64,000 nucleotides of DNA from Octopus vulgaris (Eukaryota), in contig OX597820.1 of NCBI GenBank assembly GCA_951406725.2, forward strand, positions 61,752,001 through 61,816,000, read 5' to 3'. The translations under genes were made by a program, and so were the position numbers. The notes beneath the pieces were generated by a model. It saw only the letters and a program-made list of their open reading frames with translations. It ran no database searches and was not told the DNA's origin. Below are positions 27,035 to 41,042 of the stretch, piece after piece. The stretch's first letter is position 1, and each line of letters opens with the position of its first letter.

Positions 27035-29410
27035 CTGGTGAACAGAGCTTTTATACAAGGTTTAAAAAGTAGGCAGAAAGAAACTCAGTGAATGGCTCAG
27101 GAAGTTAAATGATATCACAGGTGATATCTCTACTGGCAACATCACAGACACCAATAATCTGATAAATGCAATCTCGATCTTTATAGCCCAAAAATTAGGT
27201 TTGATAGCCAAAGGTAAATGTCAACATAACCTGAAGGAGCCATTGTGGAAAAGGAGAATAACGCAGCCTATTAACGAGACCAGAAAACATATTAATATTC
27301 TGGAACGGAAAAAAAAGAAATGAAATTCAGCGAGAGAAGTATGTTGAGCTAGAGAGAAAGTATAGGGTGAAGAGAAAGGGAATCAATGTTGTGATTGAGG
27401 AATTAAAACAGAGGTCGAAAGCTAAAGTACATAAACTAAAGAGATATGAACAGAGAATTGAGCAGTACAGATTAAACAGACTTTTTGAACAAAATCAGAA
27501 ACGAGTCTATCAGGAACTGGATGGGAACGAAAAAGGTGAAAAGCCGCGCCGGATGTTGAAGAAAGCAAAAGATTCTGGTCAAACATATGGTCTCAGGAGA
27601 AACAACACGAAACTGAAACAGAGTGGTTAGAGACATTCAAATAGGAGAGTGGAGAGTATCAGCAGGAGGATTAGAGAACAACAGAGATGATTAGAGATCA
27701 GTGCAGGAAAATTCCTAATTGGAAAGCGCCTGGCCCAGATGGGGTTAAAGGCTTTTGACTTTAAAACCTGCTAGCCCTGCACAAGAGAATTGTGAGAGAT
27801 GGACGAAATACTGAGAAGTGACATCCTAGTACCATTCTGGATGACAAAAGGAATAACGGTACTATGCCAGAAAGACCCAAGTAAAGGGAATACGGTTGGA
27901 AATTTCCGACCAATATCTTGTTTGCCTCTGATGTTGAAACTATAAGTACCTAGGTGAGAACAACCTACTACCAGTGGAACAAAAAGGGTGTAGACGTAAG
28001 AGCAAGGGAACAAAGGATCAATTACTAACCGATAAGACTATCATGCTTGACTGCAAGAAAGCATATGATCATGTCACAATCGTGCATTATTGAATGCCTT
28101 AAACTGCTTAAGGTCTTCCACAATATCCTGAAATTAATACAAAACTCGATGACAACGTGGCGAACTGTACTCACAGCCTGGGGAGATAAGCTGGGAGAGG
28201 TAAATATCGAAAGAGGAATCTATCAAAGGGACAGTCTGTCACCTCTCCTATTTGTTGTCTGCATACTACCACCATCGAGCGTTAGAAGAATCATGAATTA
28301 CAAGAGACAGACCGGAGAACATGTAAATTAATGACAAGGAACAAGGAACTACACTCCAAGAGTGATGTGTCAAGATTGTATGTAAAGGGGAAAGAAGGAG
28401 GACGTGGATTGGTGGGTTGTGAAGGTTGTGAAGGGGATGAGGAGAATAGCCTGGCTTGGTATGTCAAGAGGAGTAAAGAAGAAATGATTGAAGCAGTGAA
28501 AATGCAGGGAACCTTAAAAGTGAACGAAGCTGTAGATTAAATATGATTTAAGAAAGATCAGATAGAGCAGATGAAGAAAATCTGCCAGGACAAGAAAATG
28601 CAGTCAGTTCTTGAAGAATAAAGATGAGATTGATTGGAATAGAGCCTGGCAAATGCTGAAGAAAGGAGACTTAAAAGGGCCCACTGAGGCATTAGTGTGC
28701 AGCGCTCAAGAACAAGGTCTCAGAACAAATTACTTCACATATCACATTGATAAAAGCACTGACTCACCACAGTGTAGAATGTGCTCTGAGAAGTATAAAC
28801 CATATTGTTAGTGAGTGCTGTAAGCTCGCACAACGCAAATACACGGCAATGTGGCCAGATATGTCCACTGGCTGTTGTGCGGCAAAGCAAACCTCAAGAG
28901 AGCCGAATAATGGTATGAACACAAGCCAGAGGGAGTGATGGAAAACGAACATTACAAAATACTCTGGGATTTTAACATGCAGTGCGACCAAGTCATAGAG
29001 TCGAGACGACCAGATATCGTGCTCATCCATAAAGATGAAAAAGAAGTAGAGGTAATAGATGTTGTAATACCAGGCAATTGGAGGGTGAATTGTAAGGAAA
29101 CAGAAAAGATTGAAAAATGCCAGCTATGAGGATAGTAATGGTGTTACAGGTGATAACTGGAGCATTAGGAACAGTTTCCAAGGGCTTTGAAAAACAGACT
29201 AAGGGTATTGGAGCTGCTGTCAGGCTCGAGGTGATCCAGAAGACTGCATTGTTGGATACAGCTCGCATTCTAAGGAGAGTAATGTCTCTTTGAGTCACAG
29301 AAGAAGGCACTACTTGAAACCTTTGGTGATTTGTTATTGCCTGCTTTCAAGTAAAAAATAACCGGTAGATAAGAATTATCCGGGAGTCTTTCATAATAAT
29401 AATAATAATA
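27035..29410 (+). mobile_element. Decayed R4/Dong-clade non-LTR retrotransposon (RT, CCHC, restriction-like endonuclease) with (TAA)n tail
   Basis: NWKAPGPDG, NFRPISCLP, GTKDQLL, RGIYQRDSLSPLLF, RLYVKGKEGGRGL, CRMC..INHIVSEC, KILWDF..RRPDIVL..VIDVVIP, GALGTV, QKTALLDTARILRRV. Many stops, frameshifts and deletions. Confidence 0.9.
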
Positions 29411-30635
29411 ATAATAATGATAATAATAATAATAACAATATTAATAATAATAATAATGATGATGATGATGATGATAATGATGATGATGATTATGATGATG
29501 ATGATGATGGTAATAATTTCTTACATAGGCACAAAACGAAAAAATATTTTGCGGGTCAATGTTAGTCGATTAGATAGATTGGTATTTGACTAGTAAGCTT
29601 CTTTAATAAAACCCCCAGAAGGATAAAAAGCAAAGTTATCTTCAGCGGGATTTGAAATAGAAACGTAAAGAGCCAGAACGCTACAACAATTTTGATCGAT
29701 TCTAACAAATATTTCTTACATAGACACAAGGCTAGAAATTTTGAGTGAGATTTGTCAATCACTCCGACCTCAGTACTTGGCTGGTACTTTATTATGAAAG
29801 CATAACTGACCTTGCGAAGATTTGAACTCAGAACGTAAAGATTAAGAATATATATTGGTTTCATATTTTGGCACAAGGCCAGCGATTTAGGGGGAGGGGG
29901 CAGTCGATTATATTGGCCCAAATATCCGAAAGGAAGAAAGGTAAAGTAGCCTCGGCTGCGTTTGAACTCAGAACGTAAAGACGGACGAAATGCTGCGAAG
30001 CATTTGTTCGGCGTGCAAATGATTCTGCTTACTCGTCGCCTTATCAAGAATATTTATTACAACGCATTTTGCTCGACAAGTTAACGATTTTGTTAACCCA
30101 CCACACTTTCTGTTCGATGCTAATAATAACAGAAGACGAAATATGCGTTTGGGGCATATATAAATTATAAACACGAAGCAAGGGAAAAAGGGAGAAAGGA
30201 AGAGAGGGAGAAAGCGAGTGAGGAGGAGGAGAGGGAGAGGAAGAGAGTGAGTGAGAGAGTGAGTAAGAGAAAGACTGAAAGAGCGAGAGAAAAATGTGGA
30301 GGAGATAGAAGAGTGAAGATACGAACGGAATAATGATGAATTGCAAATGAGAAGACAGACGAAATTTTAGGTGACAATAGAAGCACAAAACAAATTAATG
30401 AATATCTCGAGCCAAACCCACACATTGTAGGCAGCATTCTATTCAGATCTCTATCTATTCTGCCATCCACCTCTGTTAGCTAACAACAAAACTACCTACC
30501 TACTCGCACAATATTGCAAGTAGCTGAGTACCACAAGTACTTGTACCCATAATTTAAATCCCAGACAAACTCAGCATGATAGAGTGTTTAACAAGGTAGG
30601 GTTCTCGACTCAAGCTACAGTTCATCTTGTATTAC

Positions 30636-31200
30636 GATGCGGTGAGCTGGTAGAATCATTTGTACGCCGGGCGAAATGCTTAGCGGTATTTCGTCTGCCG
30701 TTACGTTCTGAGTTCCAATTCCGCCGAGGTTGACTTGGCCTTTCATCCTTTCGGGGTCGATTAAATAAATACCAGTTACGCCCTGGGGTCGATATAATCG
30801 ACTTAATCCGTTTGTCTGTCCTTGTTTGTCCTCTCTGTGTTTAGCTCCTTGTGGGTAGTAAAGAAATAGGAATTTCGCCTGTCGCTACGTTCTGAGTTCA
30901 AATTCCGCCGAGGTCGACTTTATCTTTCATCCTTTCGGGGTCGATTAAATAAATACCAGTTACGCACTGGGGTCGATATAATCGACTTGATTCGTTTGTC
31001 TGTCCTTGTTTGTCCTCTCTGTGTTTAGCCCCTTGTTGGTAGTAAAGAAATAGGTATTTTGTCTGCCGCTACGTTCTGAGTTCAAATTCCGCCGAGACCG
31101 ACTTTGCCTTACATCCTTTCGGAATTAAAGAAGTACCAGTTGAGCACTGGGATCGATGCCATCAACTTATCCCCTCCTTTGAAATTGCTGGCCTTACAAC
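30636..31200 (+). mobile_element. Meta-domain SINE family B tandem array (184-bp period)
   Basis: One head, then units starting at 30686, 30870 and 31054. gcctttcatcctttcggggtcga...taccag resembles the MetaSINE central domain. Confidence 0.85.
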
Positions 31201-32698
31201 ATCGTAAATAACTGAGTATGACTTTGCCACTTAATCCTCAGACAGTCCCAACGTGACAATCCTGCACTCTTTGAATCCCAGCTCTTCGAACTGGTTTTAT
31301 CCGCCCAGTTTTTCTTTTTTGTCAAACCAATTTTGGCCATAAGGGAATTCTACCAAGGTCGACTTTGCCTTTCACTCTTTGGGGTCGATAAAATAAGTAC
31401 CAGCTGAACACTGTGGTCGATGTAATCGACTTACTCCCTTCCCTTAACTTGCTGGCCTTGTGTCAAAGTTTGAAATTAATTTTGCTCATCGGGCTTCAGT
31501 CGAATCGAGGCTGTGGTAGAAGATATTTTCTCTAAAGGTCCGCACATTGCGATCGAAACTAGTTAAGGTGTCTCTCGTAACTGTGAAGCAAACTTCTTAT
31601 TCATACGACCATGCAGCCATTTATTTACCCATATGGAGGTACAAATATGAATGATTAAATGAATGGATGAATAAATATGAAAATTTATAATGTAAAAAAT
31701 CCAATTAATGAAAAATATATCATAAATAAATCCAAAGCTACAGAAAGAGAGAATGGGAAAGCACAAAAAAAATAGAGAGGAAAAGAAAAGTATAAACCAA
31801 ATGTAAAAATTATAAAAGAAATGAGAATGAAGAAAATGATAAGAAGAACTGAAATACAAAGATAGAGGTGACTACAGAATAGAAGGAAAAGAAAAGATGA
31901 ATAACAACAATAAGAAAATAAAACAAAGAAACAAATATATGAATATGAAGTATAGAGCGAGAAATTGAGAATATAATAAGAAAGCTTGAATAAGAAAGTC
32001 GATCGACTGAAAGATGAGTTAAATGAGATTTTCATAAAGGTTTTCAGCACAATATATCTACGCCTGCGCGCATGAAGCACATACGACCATACGGATATAT
32101 ATGCATGTGTATGTATGTATGTATGTATGTATGTATGTATGTATGTATGTATGTATGTATGTGAATATCTATGTATGTATGTGCATGCCTGTAAATATAT
32201 ATGTCATACATTATATATATGTATACACATACACACACACTCATATATATTATATCAAATATATATATGAAATATGTATGTATGTATGAATGTGTGTATG
32301 TATGTATGTATGTATGTATGTATCTATGCATGTATGTATGTATGCATGTATGTATGCATGTATGTATGTATGTATTCATGCATGTATGTATGTATGTGCA
32401 TGCCTGTAAATGTATATGTCATACATTATATATATGTATACACACACACTCATATATATTATATCAAATATATATATATGAAATATGTATGTATATATGT
32501 ATGCATGCATTTATATATTTGTACACATACGCACACATACGAGCACATACATAAAGTTATTTATTATTTTGTGCGGTCCTTATGTGTGTGATATGTGTGT
32601 GTGTGTCTGTGTATGTGTTTGTAATATATATATTAATAAAGAAATGGATATCTGCACTTAAACATAAAGTATGATACTGTATATGCACACATATATGT

Positions 32699-32844
32699 AG
32701 GCGCAAGCGTGGCTGTCTGGTAAGAAGCTTGCTTCCCAACAAATGGTTCCGGGTTCAGTCCCACTGCGTGGCAACTTGGACAAGTGTCTTCTGTTATAGC
32801 CTCAGGCCGACCAAAGCCTTGTGAGTGGAGTTTAGAGAATCCCG

Positions 32845-32914
<70 letters not shown>

Positions 32915-33142
32915 GTGTGTGTGTGTGTGTGTGTGTATGTATTTATGTGTGCGCGTCTTTATGTCTGTGTTTGTCACCCCCGCCATCGCTTGACAACCGA
33001 TGTAAATGTGTTTACGCCCCCGTAACGTAGTGGTTCGGCAAAGAGTCCGATAGAATAAGTACTAGACTTTCAAAGTATAAGTCTTGGGGTCGGCTAAAAA
33101 ACATGGCTGGAGTCAAATGACTGAAACAAAAAATAAAAGAAT
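32699..33142 (+). mobile_element. SINE family A with internal (TA)n(TG)n
   Basis: ggcgcaagcgtggctgtctggtaag head through gactgaaacaaa tail. Confidence 0.85.
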
Positions 33143-33146
33143 AATG

Positions 33147-33206
<60 letters not shown>

Positions 33207-33248
33207 TTGTGTTTGTGTGTGTGTGCCTGCATGGGCTCGTTTATGTGT

Positions 33249-33592
33249 GTGCTCCAGCATGGCCACAGTCACATGACTGAAACAAGTAAAAGAGTAAAAG
33301 AGTACACCGATATAATTCGATGGATATTTGGTTGCTATTTCTTGCTAATCGAGTACCAAGTTACTATTACTTCAATACTTTTCTCGTATATATATACACA
33401 CACACAGATACATAATAAATATATAGTTATACATAAACATACATATCAGCCCAACGAGAAAAGTATTGAAGTAATAGTAACTTGGTACTCGATTAGCAAG
33501 AAATAGCAACCAAATATCCATCGAATTATATCGGTATACTCTTTTACTCTTTTACTTGTTTCAGTCATGTGACTGCGGCCATGCTGGAGCAC
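33249..33592. repeat. Inverted duplication with 139-bp arms and a 66-bp spacer
   Basis: 33249-33387 is the reverse complement of 33454-33592 with about 2 mismatches; the arms include a SINE A tail. Confidence 0.95.
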
Positions 33593-33860
33593 CGTCTTTT
33601 AGTCGAGCAAATCGACCCCCAGGACTTATTCTTTGTAAGCCTAGTACTTATTCTATCTATATATAAGTAGGTGAATGAATTATCCTAGTATGGATAATTC
33701 GGTTAATCGATACCTGAGTAGCAAATTCACGTCAGAAAACACTGTTGAAGCTACATGCCAAGGGCAGAAACCCCGTGTTCTTGTGTGGAAATTTTTGTGT
33801 TTTTTTATATGAATAAATGAAAGAATGGAGTCGAACGAAGATTTTAACAAAATTCCTTTA

Positions 33861-33943
33861 CTCTCAACACATGTTTCGTAGACTGCATGCTCTTAATTCC
33901 GAAGGAATAAAGGGTGCACTATGCCGTCTTCTCATCAGGAAAA
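33861..33943 (-). ncRNA. Type-I hammerhead motif (left arm)
   Basis: Reverse complement of 34608-34690 with a few substitutions. Confidence 0.65.
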
Positions 33944-34607
33944 ACAAGGAACCTCTATCAGCCTCAAGACGAACAAAAACTTTTTGATGACTGCCTACAT
34001 GGTGTCCACAGTGATAATGAGTGTTTTTTTAAAAAATCCGTTATAAGCAATGACGTCAAAATTGGTTGGAAGGAGGAAGTTCTAAAAATAGGAAGGGAAC
34101 AGTATGTATGCTGTATGTATGGGGATGCGCGGGTTTACTTTCTGTCTACTCCGTTGCATGAAACGTTACTACTAAATATCGTTGGCGTATGTTTATCTCT
34201 TTCTCTCTACCCCCCCTCTTTCTCTACACCCCCTCTCTCTCTCTATCATACGCACAATCAAACACACAGACACAAATTTGTCACCTCACTACAAAATATA
34301 TTTGACAATTGTCCCCCCCACACACAATTACACACACACACACACAGACACAAATGCAGTTATATACACACACTCATACACACACATAAACAATCAAACT
34401 CATTAACAAAAGCAAACACCCGCGCATCCCCATACATACAGCATACATACTGTCCCCTTCCTATTTTTAGAACTTCCTCCTTCCAACCAATTTTAACTTC
34501 ATTGCTTATAATGGAATTAAAAAAAAACACTCATTATCACTGTGGACACCATGTAGGCAGTCATCAAAAAGTTTTTGTTCGTCTTCAGGCTGATAGAGGT
34601 TCCTTGT

Positions 34608-34690
34608 CTTTCCTGATGAGAAGACGGCATAATGCACCCTTTATTCCTTCGGAATTAAGAGTATGCAGTCTTCGAAACATGTGTTGAGAG
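34608..34690 (+). ncRNA. Type-I hammerhead motif (right arm)
   Basis: ctttc CTGATGA gaagac...gtcttc GAAAC atgt GTT gagag: canonical core, perfect 6-bp base of stem II, palindromic ACATGT at helix III. Confidence 0.75.
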
Positions 34691-34789
34691 TAAAGGAATT
34701 TTGTTAAAATCTTCGTTCGACTCCATTCTTTCATTTATATATATATATATACTCCATTCTTTCATATATATATATATATATACATATAT

Positions 34790-34955
34790 ACGATAGGCTT
34801 CTTTCAGTTTCCGTCTACCAAATCCACTCACAATACTTTGGTCGGCTCGAGGCTATAGCAGAAGACACTTAACCAACGTGCCCCGCAGTGAGAATGAACC
34901 TGGAACCATGTAGTTCGTGAGCAAGCTACTAACCACACAGCAACTCCTACGCCTA
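34790..34955 (-). mobile_element. SINE family A, 5' half
   Basis: ggcttctttcagtttccgtctaccaaatccactcac...tgaacctggaaccatg...cctacgcct. Confidence 0.8.
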
Positions 34956-35304
34956 CTTGAAAATATATTTAAAAGACATTCACACATAATCTGCTCATTC
35001 ATTTAGTTATCCATAAAAACTGAATGTGATCCCGTTGTCCAAATTCATCAACACAATGAAGAATAGCAGCATTAATTATTTCAAGAATGACTGGTCATTT
35101 ATCGATAAGGAATTTCTGTTTACCAATGGATTAACAATACATTTATATGTTTATTTGGAATACCTTGTATACTGTACAAAATTGCATAGCAGCCATTGCC
35201 TCCAGAGAAAAAAAAAAATAAACAACTGAAATCAGGAAATGTTGATTGACAAGAACTGAGAATCGGAGTCAGATTTTTCGATTTACTTTCTAAGATGCTG
35301 CTCA

Positions 35305-35367
<63 letters not shown>

Positions 35368-35443
35368 CTCTCTCTCCCTCCCTCTCCCTTCTCCTTCTAT
35401 ACCAAATTACGTTAGAGTGCAGCATGTTTTTTTTTCCAATTCA

Positions 35444-35506
<63 letters not shown>

Positions 35507-35513
35507 GTATATA

Positions 35514-35566
<53 letters not shown>

Positions 35567-35816
35567 ATAAACACACGCACGCACACACAAAAAATGCACA
35601 CACACATACACACACACATGCACACACATCCATCCATCCATCCATACATACATCCATACATACATACATACATCGCGCAACTGTTCAGACAACGTCGATA
35701 TGATGAAAGGAATGAGTAATGTACAGCACATACATTTAAACACTAAGAAATTGCGGAATCGTCTTTCTCGAACTACGAGAGACTACCGTCACACACACAC
35801 ACACACACACACACAC

Positions 35817-35857
<41 letters not shown>

Positions 35858-35897
35858 TTTATAATAATCTTTCTCTATACACACACACATGCATACT

Positions 35898-35930
<33 letters not shown>

Positions 35931-37739
35931 GTAATTTCTCACACGCACAATCACATTTTGTAACATTTTGTCATTCTTTACACAATTTTTAAGCTTGTTT
36001 TTAATAATAAGATTACTTATCATACACCATTGGCAATCTCGTTTAAATCACGTACTGTCTCACACATTTACTTGTCTCTCATTATTTTTTCTTTATCGAA
36101 TCATTAACTTACTCTACATTTAAATATTTAACCACGCTATTCAGAATATGTTTATATTCTGAATAGTAAGCACGTTATCATTTATTATGTTCCAAAATTT
36201 TTGATAATCGGAAATGTGAAACGTAAAGTAATAAAGAGTTCGAAGTCTTAGCTTGTAATTATATAACAAGCATATGTACTTTACTTCATGTATTGAGTAA
36301 TGTTATTCCTCTTATTTGTGATTTCAGATGCACATACACATACATACGCATGAAAATACACGCACGTACACAAATGAACATATTCCTATAATACTTATAT
36401 ACAAATGTGGATATATATATATATACAAATACACACTCACGCACAAACATGCATACATGTATGATTTCATGTATTTTTACTGAACGCCAACTTTATACCC
36501 TGTAACCACGATCGTCACCATAATCAATATTCAATTGAATCTAACGAAAATACACAATAGCTAGTAAGTGTAGGAATTGATTGCAGTACTTGCGAATCCA
36601 CATTTAGCCTTAGAAAACAATTTTTTTTTACCTTTCTCTATTACTTGATATTGTCAGCATTTACTGAATATATAATTGCGTAATAGCAAGAGTCACTTGT
36701 TCTGTATCACTCCGGAAAACTGCATTTACTAATATGTCTGGAGGAATTTTTTTTTAACCAATTCACCATTTTTACGGATACTCCTGCTAACCATCATTTC
36801 ATTCATTTCACTGAATTAGTAATGTGACACGACATACTTCCACCCTAATAAATCCCTCCCATTCTTCCATCTACTTCCATATATGTTTTTTTTCTTCCTT
36901 CCTTCCATCTGTTATTATGCTTTTTAAATATCTTTATATCATCCTTATTGCCTTTTCATAATTTTTCGCAGTACTACTTATAAACAGTAAACTAAAAAAA
37001 AGTACAAAAACAAAACAAAACAAAGCAGTCATGGAATTTATAACAGTAAGAAGTTATGACCAATGGTAGCATAGACGAATGGCTACGATGTGTGACGATA
37101 TACTTTGTGTGAAGTTATAAAAGTGAAGTTGAGAAGAAAAGTAGAAATTTGCTGTAGAAGGAAATGATTTTTGTTGATGTCCATAGAGTAAGTAAAGTCC
37201 CACAAAATATACCACAAAATCTTCCTCATCCTTACCTTAAGCCTGCTTGTTGAGCAAGTTAATGTAGCAACGAAGGAACACGTAGGCTGGAAACTGAAAA
37301 TAATTAAGATTTAAAATTCTGTATCTTTCTGGAAGTTAAATCGTGGTTGGTGCTGATAGATATGTCAGTAATGATGGCGGCAACACCAATAACGATAGAT
37401 ATGTCAGTAATTATGGCGGCAACACCAATAACGATAGATAAAAGTCACAAATGTTGACTTCCAGGCTAGGAATCACCAAACACACTTATGATCTAAGACT
37501 TCTAGTTGTTACAAATTTTGTCGGACGTTATATATTTTTACCCATTGAGTACTTCATTTTAAAAGTAAATAATGTGATTTGAGGGATATTAAGGGAAATT
37601 TGATTTCTATTTGTAGGAATGACAAACAGATTGCTTGCGTAACAACGCCTCTTTTGTCCTCCATGGATTTTGACCATAAGTAACTGAGGTTAGGATGGGA
37701 TGTCACGACGGAAGTATGCATCAGCTCTCTCTGTATATC

Positions 37740-38170
37740 TTTTATATTTTACTTGTTTCAGTCATTAGATCGCGGCCAAGCTGGGACACTACCTTGAATT
37801 TTTAGTCGAAAGAACTGATCCTTACTATTTAATTTTCAAGCTAGGCACTTATTACGTCGGTCTCATTTGCCGAAACGTTAAGTTACGGGAATGTAAAAGC
37901 CACCTACACTGGTTGTCAAGCAGTGGTGGGGGCACAAGCTCAGACAGAAGGACACACACACACACACACACACATACACACACAAACACACACACAAACA
38001 CACACTCTCCCACACACATATACAAAGAGGTCCTTTCAGTTTCCGTCTACCAAATCCACTCACATAGCTTTGGTCGGCTCTAGGCAATAGTGGAAAAGAC
38101 TTGCCCAAGGTGCTTCGCAGTGGGACTGAACCCGGAATCATGTGGTTGTGAAGCAAGCTTCTTACCACAC
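37740..38170 (-). mobile_element. SINE family A with internal (CA)n
   Basis: Tail acttgtttcagtca through head tgggactgaacccggaatcatgtgg. Confidence 0.8.
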
Positions 38171-38270
38171 ATATACATATATATATTTACTTATACACAT
38201 AAATATGCATATACATATATATATCGTTTATCTCTTATTTTTCACTTGTTTCAGTCATTAGACTGCGGCC

Positions 38271-38328
<58 letters not shown>

Positions 38329-38330
38329 CA

Positions 38331-38366
<36 letters not shown>

Positions 38367-38378
38367 TATGTATGTATG

Positions 38379-38424
<46 letters not shown>

Positions 38425-38512
38425 ATCCAACATCAACAAAGAGAAAACACAACAACGCGAAGACGTGGAACAAGTGTTATTGGACGCTCAAGAAAGGAAA
38501 GAAAGAAGGAGG

Positions 38513-38547
38513 ATTTGACGTTTCGAGCGAAGCTCTTCGTTAGAAAT
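38513..38547 (-). ncRNA. Minimal hammerhead-like motif, probably inactivated (G5A), in a ~195-bp cassette (38421-38617)
   Basis: Minus strand reads AUUU CUAACGA a GAGC uuc GCUC GAAA cg UC AAAU; the cassette lies between (TA)n and (CA)n. Confidence 0.55.
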
Positions 38548-38620
38548 ATAGAAAAAGGAAAAGTCCAAGGAAAGGAAGACAGAGAAAGAAAATCGCCAAC
38601 GATTCAAACGTGGTCACACA

Positions 38621-38664
<44 letters not shown>

Positions 38665-39873
38665 GTATACCTATGTATATAGATGCATATAGATGTATAT
38701 GTATGTGTATATATGTGCGTGTGTGTGTGTACTTATATTATGCCCACACACGTAAGCACACAAGTACACATATATACATACAGACACACAAACACATATG
38801 GCGTCTATGTAATCTACTGCAAGGAAGTCTACCACCCTCTGAGATATACATATTTAGCTTGGCCTAAATATTGGTGGCGATAATATTCAGTTTCTCTTCT
38901 AACGTTTCTGGTAGCATTCAATACAACGAGAACGATCAAGCTATCGTTCTGCTAATGTTGTTGTAACACTTCTGTCCTACATGTAATTTGTTGGCAAGGA
39001 ACTTAAAAGCTCATCAATGAACATTAATGAAATACTTGTCCATTATGCAGTGTATTTATCGCTCACAGCATTGCTGTACAATATTATACTTAATGCACAT
39101 ATTTTAGCCCGATGAAAAGATTGGTATAAATAACACTTTGGATCTTCTTTGTGCCATTTTTGTACGTCGCTACGTCCAAATGGTGACCAGAAGCCAGGAA
39201 CAAAAATGTAATGTATTTTGTGATGTGGTTGCTATGGGTTTTCCTTGTCGCCATCGTCGTTACCGTTGTTGTCATTGAATGCATGAAGCTCGTTGAATGC
39301 GTCACTCTAAACATATTGTAATTTATTGATGTTTGACTTTGATCCGCTCATGTCAATAAATAAAAGAATTAATGTTATGCAATCTAGAGTTGATGCAATA
39401 CAATGAAACGCAATGCAAGGAAATGCAATGCCGTAGTTCAAATTTTACTATTGTCAAGGACTGCTATCTCTACCAAACTGTCATCAAAAATAATCGACAA
39501 CATCTTGAAAGACGTCACAGCTTTTGATATTTTCAGGCAAAATGTCAGTCATCGCATCCCTCTCATATGCTCGCACATGGGAAAAAACATCGAAGCACTG
39601 CAAAACCAAACAGTAGAATAAAAAGCAACCAAACAGACAGAAAGAAATAACGGCAGAGGAATGATTCAATGTTTATCATGTGCGCACACACATAAGAAAA
39701 AAAAATAGTAAAAATTGATAGCTGCTGCCAGTGCCGCCGCCGCCGCCATCACTACCACCACCATCACCTTTACTACCACTATTATTAGAGAGGAAAAGAG
39801 AAAAAAATGAGCAAGAAAAAGAGAAAGAGAAGAGAAGAGAAGAGAGAGATAGAGATAGAAAGATATATATATG

Positions 39874-39905
<32 letters not shown>

Positions 39906-40511
39906 TAGAGAAGCATTAATGATAATCCCCTTATAGAGTAGATCGAGAAATCTGGCTTCGATTCTCAGTTCTTGCCAATCAACATTACCTAATTTGAGAA
40001 TTTTCTTTCTTTACAGGAAGCAATGGATGCCATGCTATCTTGTACTTTAAGTAGTTAATCATGTTATGTTATTATTCCAATATTCAGGGAATCCATCTTC
40101 AGACAGTACTCTTTGCTTTACCGGTTAGCCGTGATGAGGCTATTGAAGAAGTGTGCAAATCGGAAAACGAGAGTTGTTCTTGGTGCTCAAGATGAGCTTA
40201 GATCTGTGAGATTCCTCGGGGTGGCCGTGGCTAGAGGTCCTCCAGTATCAGAGGTACTGCGTTGGGATGACAGAGATATCAGAGCTTCGGACAAAATGAT
40301 TTGCCCCGTTTCTGCCAACTACTTACGTTTGGGCTAAAACGTCGCCGAGGTCAACTTTGCCCTTCAATCCTCCAGATTCGATAGAAGAAAGCAACAGTGA
40401 AGTACTGGTGGATTGGTGTAATCATCTATACATGCATACATATATGCCACAGAATCTGGAAAACCGGCCTTATGAACCTATGGCTCGGGAAGGGTCTTTG
40501 TTTCGTTTTTA

Positions 40512-40606
<95 letters not shown>

Positions 40607-40689
40607 AAGTTGAAAAGGAATACACGAGTTGATATATATGGAAAAAAGCCAAGATAGAAAATGTTAAAATAATTTTATAAAAAACTTTT

Positions 40690-40725
40690 CAGAACAGGTT
40701 TCAGTCATTGAGATTTCTTCAAATG
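40690..40725 (-). ncRNA. Degenerate minimal hammerhead-like motif (UUGAAGA core)
   Basis: Minus strand reads cau UUGAAGA aauc ucaau gacu GAAAC cu GUU cug. Confidence 0.4.
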
Positions 40726-41006
40726 TAAGTATGAAAAACAATTAAATTTTGGAAAAATTAAAAGAAAATTTTTTTAAAAGAATATTTGCATAGTGTTCAA
40801 ATACAAGTGGAATTTTCCTTGTTTCTTCCTGTTTATCTCCCTCTTGTTTACTCTTGTGGGTTCGAGGTCGAACAAGAGTAAACAAGAGAGAGAGAGAGAT
40901 AAACTGGCAGAAACAAGGAATATGCCGCTTGTATTTGAACACTATGCAAATATTCTTTTAAAAAACTTTTTAAATTTTTCCAAAATTTAATTGTTCTCCA
41001 TACTTA

Positions 41007-41042
41007 CAGTTGAAAAAGTCTCAATGACTGAAACCGGTACTG
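41007..41042 (+). ncRNA. Minimal hammerhead-like motif (UUGAAAA core, possible U3-A8 pair)
   Basis: cag TTGAAAA agtc tcaat gact GAAAC cg GTA ctg; palindromic ACCGGT at helix III. Confidence 0.5.

Larger units (their letters stand above)
33813..34738. mobile_element. Inverted pair of ~330-bp hammerhead-bearing cassettes (pLTR-like)
   Basis: Arms at 33813-34141 and 34409-34738 are highly similar reverse complements with a ~270-bp spacer; the right end runs into (TA)n. Confidence 0.85.

Noticed and set aside
30686-31200. Regularly spaced repeats as a CRISPR array
   Set aside because: Eukaryotic context; these are whole-unit tandem SINE copies with no unique spacers and no cas genes.
33736-33780. 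aacactgttgaag...tgccaagggcagaaac...gtgtt hammerhead-like segment
   Set aside because: Core spacing and cleavage triplet do not fit.
33914-34687. 257-aa ORF
   Set aside because: It spans inverted arms and a microsatellite spacer, starts at GTG and has no domain motifs.
37355-37440. 39-bp tandem duplication
   Set aside because: An ordinary local duplication with no further structure.
38900-39320. Possible exon or piggyBac remnant (KWHK-like motif on the minus strand)
   Set aside because: Stops in all frames and too little motif support.
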